Shown here: one piece after another, positions 29,254 to 39,424 of the stretch
Numbering within the stretch: the first letter of the stretch is position 1
Layout of the letters: each line of letters starts with the position of its first letter
Assembly: GCF_000006765.1 (NCBI RefSeq)
Contig: NC_002516.2
Origin: Pseudomonas aeruginosa PAO1
GTDB taxonomy: Bacteria > Pseudomonadota > Gammaproteobacteria > Pseudomonadales > Pseudomonadaceae
DNA: 64,000 nucleotides
Strand: one strand, 5' to 3'
The notes under the pieces: generated by a model
Databases searched by the model: none
The model's input: only the letters and a program-made list of their open reading frames with translations
What the model was told of the DNA's origin: nothing
Position numbers and translations under genes: made by a program

Positions 29254-32229
29254 ATGTCGAAAGATTCTGTTCTTGGCTTATTCAGGCAACACGCAGATAC
29301 CCATCCCGAACGCCCCGCCCTCGTCGATCGCGAGCGCTCGTTCAGCTACCGCGAACTCGACCGGCTCAGCGACCGGCTGGCCGCCCACCTGGCCAGGCGC
29401 GGCGTCGCCCGGGGCGAGCTGCTGCCCCTGCTGGCCGAACGCTCGGCCGAACTGGTCATCGCCATCCTGGCGGCCGCCAAGTGCGCAGCGGCCTACGTAC
29501 CGGTGGACCGTCGGCAACCCGACAGGCGCAAGCGGGAAGTCCTCCGCCAGTGCCAAGCCCCCTTGGCCCTCGCCACCCATGCCGAGGACCTGCCGGGGCA
29601 ACCGGTGGAGGTCATCGCACAGGCGCTCGCGACGAGTGCGGCGGGTGCCGCGCCGAGACCGGCGCTCGACGGCAGCGAAGCGCTGTATGTGATCTTCACC
29701 TCGGGCACCACCGGCGAACCCAAGGGCGTGGTGATCGAGAGTCGCTCCCTGGCCAACCTCGTGGGCTGGCACAACCGGCGCTTCAATATGGATCAACGGA
29801 GCCGCACCACCCTGATGGCCGGCGTCGGCTTCGACGTTTCCCAATGGGAAATCTGGTCCACCCTGTGCGCAGGCGCCTGCCTCCACCTGGTGCCCGACGA
29901 GGTGCGCCCAGACCCGGCGGCGCTGCTGGCATTCTTCGCCGAGCAGCGGATCAGCCACGCCTTCGCGCCTACCGTGATGGTGCCCGCGCTGGCGGAGCAG
30001 CCCGCCCCGCCGTCGCTGGCGCTGCGCTACCTGTTCTGCGCCGGGGAAAAACTGCCGCCGGTCGCAACCGGCGGGCTGCCCTATACCGTGGTGGATTACT
30101 ACGGCCCGACCGAGGCCACGGTCTTCGCCACCTGCCGCATCGTCGACGCCGAAGCACATCGGCGACCCGCCTCGATCGGCACGCCCATCGACGGCTGCGA
30201 GGCATTCATCCTCGACGCCGACGACCGGCCTTGCCATGGCGACCGACCCGGTGAACTGAACCTGGCGGGCGTCTGCCTGGCGCGCGAATACCTGCGCGAC
30301 CCGGACATGACCGCCAGGCGCTTCCACTACTCGCAGGCACTGCGGCGTCGGCTCTACCGCACCGGCGACAAGGCCCGCTGGTTGGCCGATGGCAGCCTGC
30401 AGTTCCTCGGTCGGCTGGACGACCAGGTGAAGATCCGCGGCCACCGCGTCGAACTCGGCGACGTCGAGGCCGCGCTGTTGCGCCAGCCGGCTATCCACGG
30501 CGCGGTGGTGCTGGCGCATGCCGACCCACGCTCCGGTAGCCAGCAATTGAGCGCCTTCGTGGTCCCCCGCCAGCAGGACGGCGATGCCAGGGCCGTGCTC
30601 GCCGCCATCAAGACCGCACTGCGCCAGGAACTGCCCGACTACATGCTGCCCAGCCGCTACCTGTCGCTGGACAGCCTGCCGACCACGGTCAACGGCAAGA
30701 TCGACCGCCAGGCCCTGCGTCGACACCTGGACGAACAATGCCAGGAACGACTCGACGAGCAACGCTTCGGCACCCCCGGCGAACTGCAAGTGGCCCTGTC
30801 CTGGCAGGAAGTGCTGGGGCATACCGACTTCGGCCTGGACGACAGCTTCTTCGAGGTCGGCGGCCATTCCCTGCTGGCCGCCGCCCTGGTGCGCGAATTG
30901 AGCCGACGCTTCGGCAACCGTGCCTACATCCACGACATCTACCGCACCCCGAGCGTGCGCCAACTGGCGGCCAGCCTGGCGCGGCGCGCCGGCGAAGCGC
31001 CGCCGGCGCTGGACAGCGAACCGGCCCAGGAGCTGCAACGGGACGTGCGCCTGCCCGCCGACGTGGATTTCAGCCGCCCCACGGACACCGCCCAATTGCT
31101 GGCGCCACGGCACATCCTGCTCACCGGCGCCAGCGGGCTGATGGGCGCCCACCTGCTCGCCGAGCTGCTGGCCAGCCGCGAGGCCGACCTGCATTGTCCG
31201 GTCCGTGCGCAAAACGACGCCCATGCCCTCGAACGCCTGCGCCAGGCCGCCCGGCAGCACCGCATCGAACTCGCCGAGACGGACTGGCGACGGGTCAGGG
31301 CCTACGCCGCCGACCTCGCAGAACCAGGTTTCGGACTACCGGCGGAAACCTATCGCGAGCTGGCCGGCAGCGTCGACCAGGTCTTCCATTCCGCCAGCGC
31401 GGTGAACTTCATCCAGCCATACAGCTACATGAAGCGCGACAACGTCGAGGGGCTCGGCCAGGTCCTGCGCTTCTGCGCCAGCGGCCGCTGCAAGCCGCTG
31501 ATGCTGCTGTCGAGCATCTCGGTGTACAGCTGGGGCCACCTGCATACCGGCAAGCGCCTGATGCGCGAGGACGACGACATCGACCAGAACCTGCCGGCGG
31601 TGGTCACCGACATGGGCTACGTGCGCAGCAAATGGGTGATGGAAAAGATCGCCGACCTCGCCGCCGAACGCGGCCTGCCGCTGATGACCTTCCGCCTCGG
31701 CTACGCCACCTGCCACAGCCGTACCGGCGCCTACGCCGACTACCAGTGGTGGAGCCGGCTGGCGCGGACCTGCCTGGAGTACCGGGCCGTGCCGCTCCTG
31801 CGCGAGCTGCGCGAGGGCCTGACCACGGTGGACTACATGGTAGAGGCGATCAGCGTCATCGCCCGCCAGCCTTCGGCGCTGGGCAAGAAATTCAACCTGG
31901 TGCCGAGCATTCCGCGCTGCCTGACCCTGGACGAGTTCTTCGGCCGTCTCGGGCGACGCGCCGGGCGTCCCCTTCGGCAGATGCCGTTCGACGACTGGGT
32001 AAGTCTCTGGGAAGACAATCGCGACGCCCCGCTCTATCCCCTGCTGAGCATGTTCCGCGACAACATGTACGCCGGCCGCAGCACCGTCGAGTTGTACCAG
32101 GACACCTATCTCTGGGACTGCACCAACGTCGAGGAACACCTGCGCGGGAGCGCCGTGCGCGAGCCGGAGTTCGACGACCGCCTGCTCGACCTGTACCTCG
32201 CCGGCCTGGGCGGCAGCGCCATGCGGTAA
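29254..32229 (+). CDS. Stand-alone NRPS-like enzyme, adenylation-thiolation-reductase (PA4078)
   Basis: A: YVIFTSGTTGEPKG, YGPTE, YRTGD, GRLDDQVKIRGHRVELG; T: FFEVGGHSL; R: LTGASGLMG and GYVRSKW; no C or TE domain. Confidence 0.93.
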   Translation: MSKDSVLGLFRQHADTHPERPALVDRERSFSYRELDRLSDRLAAHLARRGVARGELLPLLAERSAELVIAILAAAKCAAAYVPVDRRQPDRRKREVLRQCQAPLALATHAEDLPGQPVEVIAQALATSAAGAAPRPALDGSEALYVIFTSGTTGEPKGVVIESRSLANLVGWHNRRFNMDQRSRTTLMAGVGFDVSQWEIWSTLCAGACLHLVPDEVRPDPAALLAFFAEQRISHAFAPTVMVPALAEQPAPPSLALRYLFCAGEKLPPVATGGLPYTVVDYYGPTEATVFATCRIVDAEAHRRPASIGTPIDGCEAFILDADDRPCHGDRPGELNLAGVCLAREYLRDPDMTARRFHYSQALRRRLYRTGDKARWLADGSLQFLGRLDDQVKIRGHRVELGDVEAALLRQPAIHGAVVLAHADPRSGSQQLSAFVVPRQQDGDARAVLAAIKTALRQELPDYMLPSRYLSLDSLPTTVNGKIDRQALRRHLDEQCQERLDEQRFGTPGELQVALSWQEVLGHTDFGLDDSFFEVGGHSLLAAALVRELSRRFGNRAYIHDIYRTPSVRQLAASLARRAGEAPPALDSEPAQELQRDVRLPADVDFSRPTDTAQLLAPRHILLTGASGLMGAHLLAELLASREADLHCPVRAQNDAHALERLRQAARQHRIELAETDWRRVRAYAADLAEPGFGLPAETYRELAGSVDQVFHSASAVNFIQPYSYMKRDNVEGLGQVLRFCASGRCKPLMLLSSISVYSWGHLHTGKRLMREDDDIDQNLPAVVTDMGYVRSKWVMEKIADLAAERGLPLMTFRLGYATCHSRTGAYADYQWWSRLARTCLEYRAVPLLRELREGLTTVDYMVEAISVIARQPSALGKKFNLVPSIPRCLTLDEFFGRLGRRAGRPLRQMPFDDWVSLWEDNRDAPLYPLLSMFRDNMYAGRSTVELYQDTYLWDCTNVEEHLRGSAVREPEFDDRLLDLYLAGLGGSAMR

Positions 32230-32301
32230 CGAGGTCGCCGCGGCGGTTACGCAGCGGGACGCGCTTGGGTATCCTGTCCGCTTTATCGCCCGGAGAACCT
32301 C

Positions 32302-32991
32302 ATGCACAACGTTCTGATCGTCGGCGCCTCGCGCGGCATCGGCCTGGGACTGGCGGATGCCTTCCTGCAACGCGGCGCACAGGTATTCGCCGTCGCCCGG
32401 CGACCGCAAGGCTCTCCCGGGCTACAGGCACTGGCGGAGCGGGCCGGGGAGCGCTTGCAAGCGGTGACCGGCGACCTCAACCAACACGATTGCGCCGAAC
32501 GCATTGGCGAGATGCTGGGCGAGCGGCGGATCGATCGCCTGATCGTCAACGCCGGCATCTACGGCCCGCAGCAACAGGATGTGGCGGAAATCGACGCCGA
32601 GCAGACCGCCCAGCTATTCCTGACCAACGCCATCGCGCCGCTGCGCCTGGCCAGGGCACTGTCCGGCCGGGTTAGCCGGGGTGGCGTGGTGGCGTTCATG
32701 AGTTCGCAGATGGCCAGCCTGGCGCTGGGCCTGTCGGCCACGATGCCGCTCTACGGCGCCAGCAAGGCGGCGCTGAACAGCCTGGTACGCAGTTGGGAGG
32801 GCGAGTTCGAGGAGTTGCCGTTCAGCCTGTTGCTCCTGCATCCCGGCTGGGTGCGTACCGAAATGGGCGGCGACAGCGCGCCGCTGAGCGTCGAGGAAAG
32901 CGCCGCCGGACTGGTCGCGGCGGTGGAGGATGCCGCGGGCGTGAATGCCTGTCGCTTCGTCGATTATCGGAACCAGCCGCTGCCCTGGTGA
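32302..32991 (+). CDS. CsgA-like short-chain dehydrogenase (PA4079)
   Basis: GASRGIG, LIVNAGI, YGASKAALN, LHPGWVRTEMGG. Confidence 0.92.
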   Translation: MHNVLIVGASRGIGLGLADAFLQRGAQVFAVARRPQGSPGLQALAERAGERLQAVTGDLNQHDCAERIGEMLGERRIDRLIVNAGIYGPQQQDVAEIDAEQTAQLFLTNAIAPLRLARALSGRVSRGGVVAFMSSQMASLALGLSATMPLYGASKAALNSLVRSWEGEFEELPFSLLLLHPGWVRTEMGGDSAPLSVEESAAGLVAAVEDAAGVNACRFVDYRNQPLPW

Positions 32992-33005
32992 AGCGGGCCG
33001 ATCCG

Positions 33006-33650
33006 TCAGGGCATCCGGCAATAGCCCTCGGCCGCATACCTGATGAGGTCGGCATCGCGCTTGATGCCGAGCTTCTTCATGGCACTGACCTTCTGCGTAC
33101 TGATGGTCTGCACGCTGCGATGCGAGCGCTCGGCGATTTCGGTGATGGTCAGTCCGGAGCCGAACAGACGGACGATTTCCGCCTCCCGGGGCGTCAGCCG
33201 TTCGTTGTGCGAGGAAAGCACCTGGTTGACGAAGATGTCCCTGATCGACGGCGAGAAATACTGGTTTCGCGAATAGGCCGCGCTCACCGCCGCCAGCAGG
33301 TGACTGGTCGAGTCGGACTTGCTGAGGATGCAATTGATACCCTGCTTGAGAATGGCCCGGATAAGGCCCGGATTGTTCAGCATGGTAAAGACAACCAATT
33401 GCAGATGCGGATAACGTCGCCGCAGCAATGACAACAATGCCAGTCCATCGCCATATTTCCCGCCCGGCATCGTATAGTCGACGATAACGACATCGCAGTC
33501 GCCTTCGTTGAGCCGACCGATCAACTCGGTAGAATTGGAAACTTGACCGAGCATCTCCAAAGAACCGCACTGACTCAGTTCGTAGGAAATACCCAGCGAA
33601 ATGGCGGGATGATCATCCGCAACCATTACGCGAATGCGATGTAGGGACAT
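33006..33650 (-). CDS. NarL/RcsB-type response regulator (PA4080)
   Basis: ADDHP, VDYTMPG receiver domain; LTPREAEIVRL...STQKVSAMKKLG HTH. Confidence 0.93.
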   Translation of the reverse strand: MSLHRIRVMVADDHPAISLGISYELSQCGSLEMLGQVSNSTELIGRLNEGDCDVVIVDYTMPGGKYGDGLALLSLLRRRYPHLQLVVFTMLNNPGLIRAILKQGINCILSKSDSTSHLLAAVSAAYSRNQYFSPSIRDIFVNQVLSSHNERLTPREAEIVRLFGSGLTITEIAERSHRSVQTISTQKVSAMKKLGIKRDADLIRYAAEGYCRMP

Positions 33651-34294
33651 CCTTGCGTCTCCTTAAGCGGTACACGGCAGGCGAAAGCGTTACCAGGAAA
33701 CCTGTGGTCTCGGTCATGCCTGCCGCAGGCAGGCGGCCGCCGCTCGGCCGGCAAGGAGGAAAGCGCGGTCCGGAATCCGCCGACGCCACTGCCCCGGTTC
33801 AAAGTGAACATGTGTATTTTCTAGTGAAACCGACGATATTTAATATAGTAAAACTACTATTTTTTCGCCTCGCAAACTAACAACAAAGACACTTGAAACA
33901 GCCCCCGAAAAACGTATACGTAGACACTTATGAAAACGATGAAATACGAAACGGACAAGCCAGAGCAGCAAAAAGTTTTGAAAAAAGAGTTCCGTGACAA
34001 GCTGAAACTATCGCCTGGAAAATAGCGTTCTTTTATTTGCGCGAAATCCTACCGAGGAAACTTGCATATCCCTCAGAAAGCCTTCGCCCATACGCAATAT
34101 CGGTATTCCGCGTGCGGGAATGGCATGTGCGCACGAGACCCAGGACGAGCAGCGGAGCGATATGCAGAGCGCCTTCGGCGATCTGCAACCACTGGAGGTG
34201 AGGGGCCGAGCCTTCGCGAGGGCTGGCGCGAAAGCGGCCGACGGCGCTTCCCGAGGCGGGGCGGGAAACGCCGGGGAAAGAGCGGCGGCGCCGC

Positions 34295-35440
34295 TCAGGG
34301 GAAGGTAAACGTGAACTCGGCGGCGCCGTCGGCGACCCCGGCCTTCAATTCGCCCTCCGCGCCGATACGGATGTAGGCGGCACTCAGCGGGAGGTCGGCG
34401 CTGTCGCCGACACGCCGCATCGGGTAGGGCGTGCCGTCGAAACGTATCCGCTGCTGGTCCAGGCCGTTCTTCACGACGATGCCGAACCCCGCCGCGCCGC
34501 CGCTCTTCAAGCTGAGGATCGTCGGGTCCGCTTGCTGCGCCGAGACATACTTGTCGCGGAAAGCGATTTCCGGCTTGGCCAGCGCCGCACACTCGCTGAG
34601 AGAGATATCGAAGGAGCGCTCCGTGGAGGTGTCGTTGACCCGCGGGAAGTTCTTCAACGCGACGCTACCCAGTTTGACGTTGATTTCCCGTCCCACCTCG
34701 ACCTTGCATTTCTTCGGGATCGGCGGCGGCGGGGGACCGCCGCCGATAGCGATGGAGGCCGGGCCGATCAGCGAATAGGGCTTTCGGCAAACCCCGGTGG
34801 GGTAGTTGTCCGCAGGCACCGCCAGGACGCTGCCGATGGACGCTTCGCCCTTCAGCCTGTCCACCGCCCAGAGATTCAGGGTGGCGCTGCCGGATACGCT
34901 GGTTACCTTCAGGTCGCCGGCAGGCAACTCGCCGGGGTCGACCGTCAGGACCAGTTCCTGTAGGTAGTCGCTGGTCGTGCTTCCGGAAAAGCTCGTGACT
35001 CGCTTGTCCAGCGCATGGGGCTGGTTGTCGACCGGAATCACCCGCTTGACGCCGTCCTGGGCATCCACCGAGATCCGATAGCCGATGCCTTTGACGTCGG
35101 ACGCCACCGTGCCGTAGGGCCCCGGATAGCCCACCCCGGACCAGTTCCCCCCGATGACCAGCTCATGCGCCTCCTGGGAAGCCTGGGGCTTGTAGTTCAG
35201 GAACAGGCTCACCGGCCTGGCGAACAGCACCGTGCCTTTCGCCGTGCCGCTGGTCAGCTCGTTCACCACACGCCAGGGCAAGCCTTTGCCATTGTCGAAC
35301 GAGCAGTTCAGGGCGACCTCGTTCAGGGCCCAGGCCTGGCCGCCGGTCAGGCAGCAGAGGCCGAGAACGAGCGCCTGCCGAGCCTGCGCGCCAGGCCGGC
35401 GGCGCAGGGAAACGCGGCCGGGAAATAACCTCATGCTCAT
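34295..35440 (-). CDS. cupB6: Fimbrial tip adhesin CupB6
   Basis: Two-domain adhesin with poly-Pro linker GGGPPPPIP and a C-terminal pilin domain ending AEFTFTFP. Confidence 0.9.
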   Translation of the reverse strand: MSMRLFPGRVSLRRRPGAQARQALVLGLCCLTGGQAWALNEVALNCSFDNGKGLPWRVVNELTSGTAKGTVLFARPVSLFLNYKPQASQEAHELVIGGNWSGVGYPGPYGTVASDVKGIGYRISVDAQDGVKRVIPVDNQPHALDKRVTSFSGSTTSDYLQELVLTVDPGELPAGDLKVTSVSGSATLNLWAVDRLKGEASIGSVLAVPADNYPTGVCRKPYSLIGPASIAIGGGPPPPPIPKKCKVEVGREINVKLGSVALKNFPRVNDTSTERSFDISLSECAALAKPEIAFRDKYVSAQQADPTILSLKSGGAAGFGIVVKNGLDQQRIRFDGTPYPMRRVGDSADLPLSAAYIRIGAEGELKAGVADGAAEFTFTFP

Positions 35441-35539
35441 GGAACTCTCCAAGATTGCGCCTGCGGAAGAGGGCCACACTCCAGGCGAGAGCGGCCCCGG
35501 CCGGGAAGGGAGGTCCGCCAGGGACCTCCCCTGCCGGCC

Positions 35540-38500
35540 TTACCAGATGTTGCCGTAGTCGATACCGGCAGGCGGCAGGAGCGCCGCCTCGCCGATCACG
35601 TAGTTGCCGCCCAGGACCCCATGGTTCTCGCCGACCTGCGCACCGTAGATCTGGCCGTAATGGGACTGAGGCTTGAAGTCGATCTTGCCGCTGACGCCGG
35701 AGTACTCGATCGATCCCAGGTTGAGGCCGGCCAGCCCGCCCATGGAGACGTAGTAGTCGCCACTGACGGTGCCTTCCGACATGGACGAAACGATACGTCC
35801 CTGGATCTGGTTCTCGCCGACCAGGCCGCCGATGCGGCTGCGCCCGCTGCCGTTGACGGTACTGCTGCTGCGCGCCGACAGGATCGAACCGGCGTTGCTG
35901 CCGACCAGGCCGCCAACCGACGCACTCGCAGCGGCGCTGACCCTGCCGCTGGCATCCACGTTGACCAGTTCGCCGCCGTTGTGGCCGACGAGCCCGCCCA
36001 CCAGACTGTTGAACCCGCCGCTCACGTCGCCGCGCGAGATCGCATGGGCGACGGAACCGCCGAGGTTGTGTCCAATCAGCCCGCCGACGCGACTGTTGCT
36101 GCCGCCGCTGACCTTGCCCGTCGCCTCGGCGGTCTCGATGGCGCTCTGGCTATTGTTGCCGACCAGCCCGCCCAGATCCGCGCCGCCCTGGTCCGTGACG
36201 CTGCCGCTGGCTTTCAGGTTTCCGAGCATGCCGTTGCCTTCTGCCTTGCCGATCAGCCCGCCGGTCGCCAGGCCGCCCTTGCTGTACACCGACCCGCTCG
36301 CCTGCGAGCGGAATATCTCGCCGCCGGAACTCAGGCCGACCAGCCCGCCGGTATTCCCCGCGCCGCCGGCCTCCACCTGGCCGCTGGCGCTACTATCGGA
36401 GACGTGGCCGAACATGTTGTAGCCGACCAGGCCGCCGACGTTCAGGCCGGGCCGGTAGGTCTCGACCTTCCCCTGGCTGCCGGACGCCCTGATCATGCCC
36501 TTCGCATTCAGTCCGACCAGGCCGCCGACGCCGCCCAGGCTGTTGCGCTCGGTGGACTGTGCAGCCACATGGACGTTGCTGTGGGCGTTCTCGATGACCG
36601 CCTCCGGCCCCCAGGCAGTGGTGAAGTTCTCCCCCACCAGACCGCCGACCGCCGTGCTCGCCGCATAACCGGTGACGCCGCCGCTGACGGATGCGTTCGC
36701 GATCTGCCCGCTGATATTGCGTCCGACCAGGCCGCCCAGTGCGTTGGAGCGCAGTCGGCTGCCGACGACCGAGACCCCGCTGGCGCTGACGTTGGCGATG
36801 CGGCCGCTGTTGATCCCGACCAGGGCGCCGAGCGAAGACGGTCCGGAGCCGTAGGTGTTATCGGATACCCGCAGGTTGTTCAGCTTCAGGTTGCTCAGGG
36901 TGCCCGAGGAGCGGGCGAACAGCCCGACATTCGGCCCGGTGTTGCTGATCGAGAGATTGCCGATGCTGTTGCCGAGACCGTCCAGGGTGCCGCTGAAGAC
37001 GCCGGCGGGCCCGCCGATGGATTGCAGCGCCGTGCAGTAATAGCTGCCGCCCAGGATATTGCCGCCGAGCACGTACAGGCCGTCCAGGTTCTTGTTGATC
37101 GCCTGCAACTGCGCCAGGTTCTGCACCACCGTGTAGTAATAGCCACCGGAGACGTAGGTCGCGTTGGCCCCGGCCAGGGAGACCGACGCCGTGCCGTTCA
37201 CCCGGTGGCCTTCGCCGGCATCCATGGCCAGCGCGCTGCCAGCCCCGCCGAGAACGATCTTGTCATTGATATCGATAGCGCCTTCGGCCTTCAGCTCCAG
37301 CCCAGCCTTGGCGCCACTGGCATTCAGCCTGCCATTCAGCGTCAGGTCGGCCGCGGAGCCCAGCCCCAGCCGGTTGCCCGATGCCCAGTTCACCGAGCCG
37401 TCGAGGTCCAGGTCGCCCTTGGTCGAAACCAGTTCGATATTGGTGCTCGCCAGGTTCCGCGACAGGGTGTCGGCATGAACGGTGACGCCATCCGACACCG
37501 CCGACGGGCGCACGTCGATCTTGTCGGCGGCAATCTTCCAGGTGCCGTTGAGGCCATTGCTGGCGAGCGTGTTCACCTGGGTGCCCAGGGCCACTTCCAC
37601 CGCCTGCCCCCGGACCTCGACCGTCCCGCCGTGCCCCGGTCCGTTCAGCGCATTGGCGGACAAGGCGCCTCCCACCATGACCTTGCCGTCCGGGCCGCCA
37701 TCGAGCACGATCCGCCCGTTCTTGCCGCGCAGCGAACGGGCCTCGATGGCACCCTGGGAGTTCACCACCGTGTTGAGCAGCGCATTGGCGGTCCTGGCCG
37801 CCATCAGGACTCGCCCCCCGTCGGCCTTGAGCAGGCCGCCGTTGCTTGCCAGCGCATTGGCGACCCCGGCGTCGACGCGGATGTCGAGCAGCTTGTTGCC
37901 GTCGAAATTCAGCGTCAGGTCGCTGCCCGCGCCGAGCCCGACACCGCCCATCTGCGCCAGGACCGTCCCGCGGTTGTCGACCTGCGCGCCGAGCAGGGCG
38001 ATGCTGCCGCCTTCCGCCGCGGTGATGGCGCCCCCGTGGTTGAGGACACCGTTGGTAGAGGGACCCGTGAAACGGTATCTGGAGGAGTTGCCGTTGAACT
38101 CGGCATCCGTGATGTCCAGCGTGGAAGCCACCAGGCCGCCGACATTGACCTGGGCGCCGCGACCGAAGAGCACGCCGTTGGGGTTGACCAGGAAGACCTG
38201 GCCGTTGGCATCGATCCGGCCCTGGATATCGCTGGCCTTGGTGCCGATCACCCGATTCAGGGCAATCGAGCTACTGCTCGGCTGGTTGAAGATCACCCGC
38301 TCGCCGGCGGCAACGCTGAAGGAGTCCCAGTTGGCGATGAGCTTGTCGACCTTCTGGTTGACCGACAGGCTGTTGCCGCCCGACAGGTGTATCTCCCCGT
38401 TCGCGCTCCCGCCGACCACCGTTCCCCCGCTTGGCAGCGCATAGGCCGGAGCCAGGGCCGTGGCGCCCAGCAGGGCCAGGACGGAGGCGATCGCCGCCTT

Positions 38501-38596
38501 GGCGCCGGCGGGCTTGCCGCGCCTGCGACTGCCTTCGCTGACGACGTTCCAGCAGCCCTGGGATACGTTCCAGACCAGTGCATAGCATTTGTTCAT
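35540..38596 (-). CDS. cupB5: TpsA/FHA-like adhesin CupB5 (1018 aa)
   Basis: Extended signal peptide MNKCYALVWN; haemagglutination domain VFLVNPNGVLFG; about 13 GGLVG (GLUG) repeats. Confidence 0.93.
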   Translation of the reverse strand: MNKCYALVWNVSQGCWNVVSEGSRRRGKPAGAKAAIASVLALLGATALAPAYALPSGGTVVGGSANGEIHLSGGNSLSVNQKVDKLIANWDSFSVAAGERVIFNQPSSSSIALNRVIGTKASDIQGRIDANGQVFLVNPNGVLFGRGAQVNVGGLVASTLDITDAEFNGNSSRYRFTGPSTNGVLNHGGAITAAEGGSIALLGAQVDNRGTVLAQMGGVGLGAGSDLTLNFDGNKLLDIRVDAGVANALASNGGLLKADGGRVLMAARTANALLNTVVNSQGAIEARSLRGKNGRIVLDGGPDGKVMVGGALSANALNGPGHGGTVEVRGQAVEVALGTQVNTLASNGLNGTWKIAADKIDVRPSAVSDGVTVHADTLSRNLASTNIELVSTKGDLDLDGSVNWASGNRLGLGSAADLTLNGRLNASGAKAGLELKAEGAIDINDKIVLGGAGSALAMDAGEGHRVNGTASVSLAGANATYVSGGYYYTVVQNLAQLQAINKNLDGLYVLGGNILGGSYYCTALQSIGGPAGVFSGTLDGLGNSIGNLSISNTGPNVGLFARSSGTLSNLKLNNLRVSDNTYGSGPSSLGALVGINSGRIANVSASGVSVVGSRLRSNALGGLVGRNISGQIANASVSGGVTGYAASTAVGGLVGENFTTAWGPEAVIENAHSNVHVAAQSTERNSLGGVGGLVGLNAKGMIRASGSQGKVETYRPGLNVGGLVGYNMFGHVSDSSASGQVEAGGAGNTGGLVGLSSGGEIFRSQASGSVYSKGGLATGGLIGKAEGNGMLGNLKASGSVTDQGGADLGGLVGNNSQSAIETAEATGKVSGGSNSRVGGLIGHNLGGSVAHAISRGDVSGGFNSLVGGLVGHNGGELVNVDASGRVSAAASASVGGLVGSNAGSILSARSSSTVNGSGRSRIGGLVGENQIQGRIVSSMSEGTVSGDYYVSMGGLAGLNLGSIEYSGVSGKIDFKPQSHYGQIYGAQVGENHGVLGGNYVIGEAALLPPAGIDYGNIW

Positions 38597-38683
38597 GTGC
38601 TTCCTTCCTCCAGTGAAACCCCGCGACCTATTCGCAGGGCCGTGCTACGGCAGGAGCCCAACTCCCCGGGCCCTGCCGAACTC

Positions 38684-39424
38684 CTACGGGTATCTCTCTG
38701 CCGGCGCGTCGCCGCGCTCGATCTGGCCGTCATCCCCCACCGCATCGAAATGGACCCGCGCCGCCTCGCCGGGCACGGCCGGCAGACTCAACGGGGTAAG
38801 GGCGAAAGGCGGCAGGGTGACGCTGCCGAGGGACATGGCGAGGTCGCCCTCGCCCAGCTCCAGGCGCACCAGGGAAACGTGATAGGGACTGCGGTTGTCC
38901 GCCTCCAGCAGCGCCCGCTGCCCCGGCCGTACCGCCGGACGCAGGCGCCAGACGACCTGGCGCGCGGCGGCTCGCGGATCGCCGGACAGACCCTGCGGAC
39001 GGAACAGGAGCTTCATCCGCAGGCGGTAGCTCACCAGCAGCAGGTTGCCGCTGCCGTCCTCCCGCCCCGGCACCTCCAGCAGGTTGACCCAGAACAGCGA
39101 TTCCCGGTCGTCCGGCAGCGGCTCGCCGGTATGGCGAAGCTGGAGCGCCTGGGTCTCCTGCGGGTCCATACGCAACAGCGGCGGCGACAGGATGAACGGC
39201 ACCGTGACAGCGCTCGGGTCCGCCGTCTCGTCGCCGCGATCGAGCCAGGTCTGGACCAGGGCCGGGCGCGTCCCGACGTTACCGACGCGGATCGTCAGCG
39301 CGGAAACGCCCGCCGGATAGATGAAACGGGTCCCGATCACGGACAGCGAGGCGGAGGCATCGGCCACCAGCGCCACCAGCAGGACCCAGGCCGTGCCGCA
39401 TCGGCCCAGGCCGACGCCGGTCAC
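38684..39424 (-). CDS. cupB4: Periplasmic fimbrial chaperone CupB4
   Basis: GTRFIY, PFILSPPL and DRESLFWVNLLEVP motifs. Confidence 0.9.
   Translation of the reverse strand: MTGVGLGRCGTAWVLLVALVADASASLSVIGTRFIYPAGVSALTIRVGNVGTRPALVQTWLDRGDETADPSAVTVPFILSPPLLRMDPQETQALQLRHTGEPLPDDRESLFWVNLLEVPGREDGSGNLLLVSYRLRMKLLFRPQGLSGDPRAAARQVVWRLRPAVRPGQRALLEADNRSPYHVSLVRLELGEGDLAMSLGSVTLPPFALTPLSLPAVPGEAARVHFDAVGDDGQIERGDAPAERYP

Noticed and set aside
34008-34592. Small ORFs in the cupB6-PA4080 spacer
   Set aside because: No convincing SD, domain or codon bias; they overlap cupB6 or AT-rich regulatory DNA
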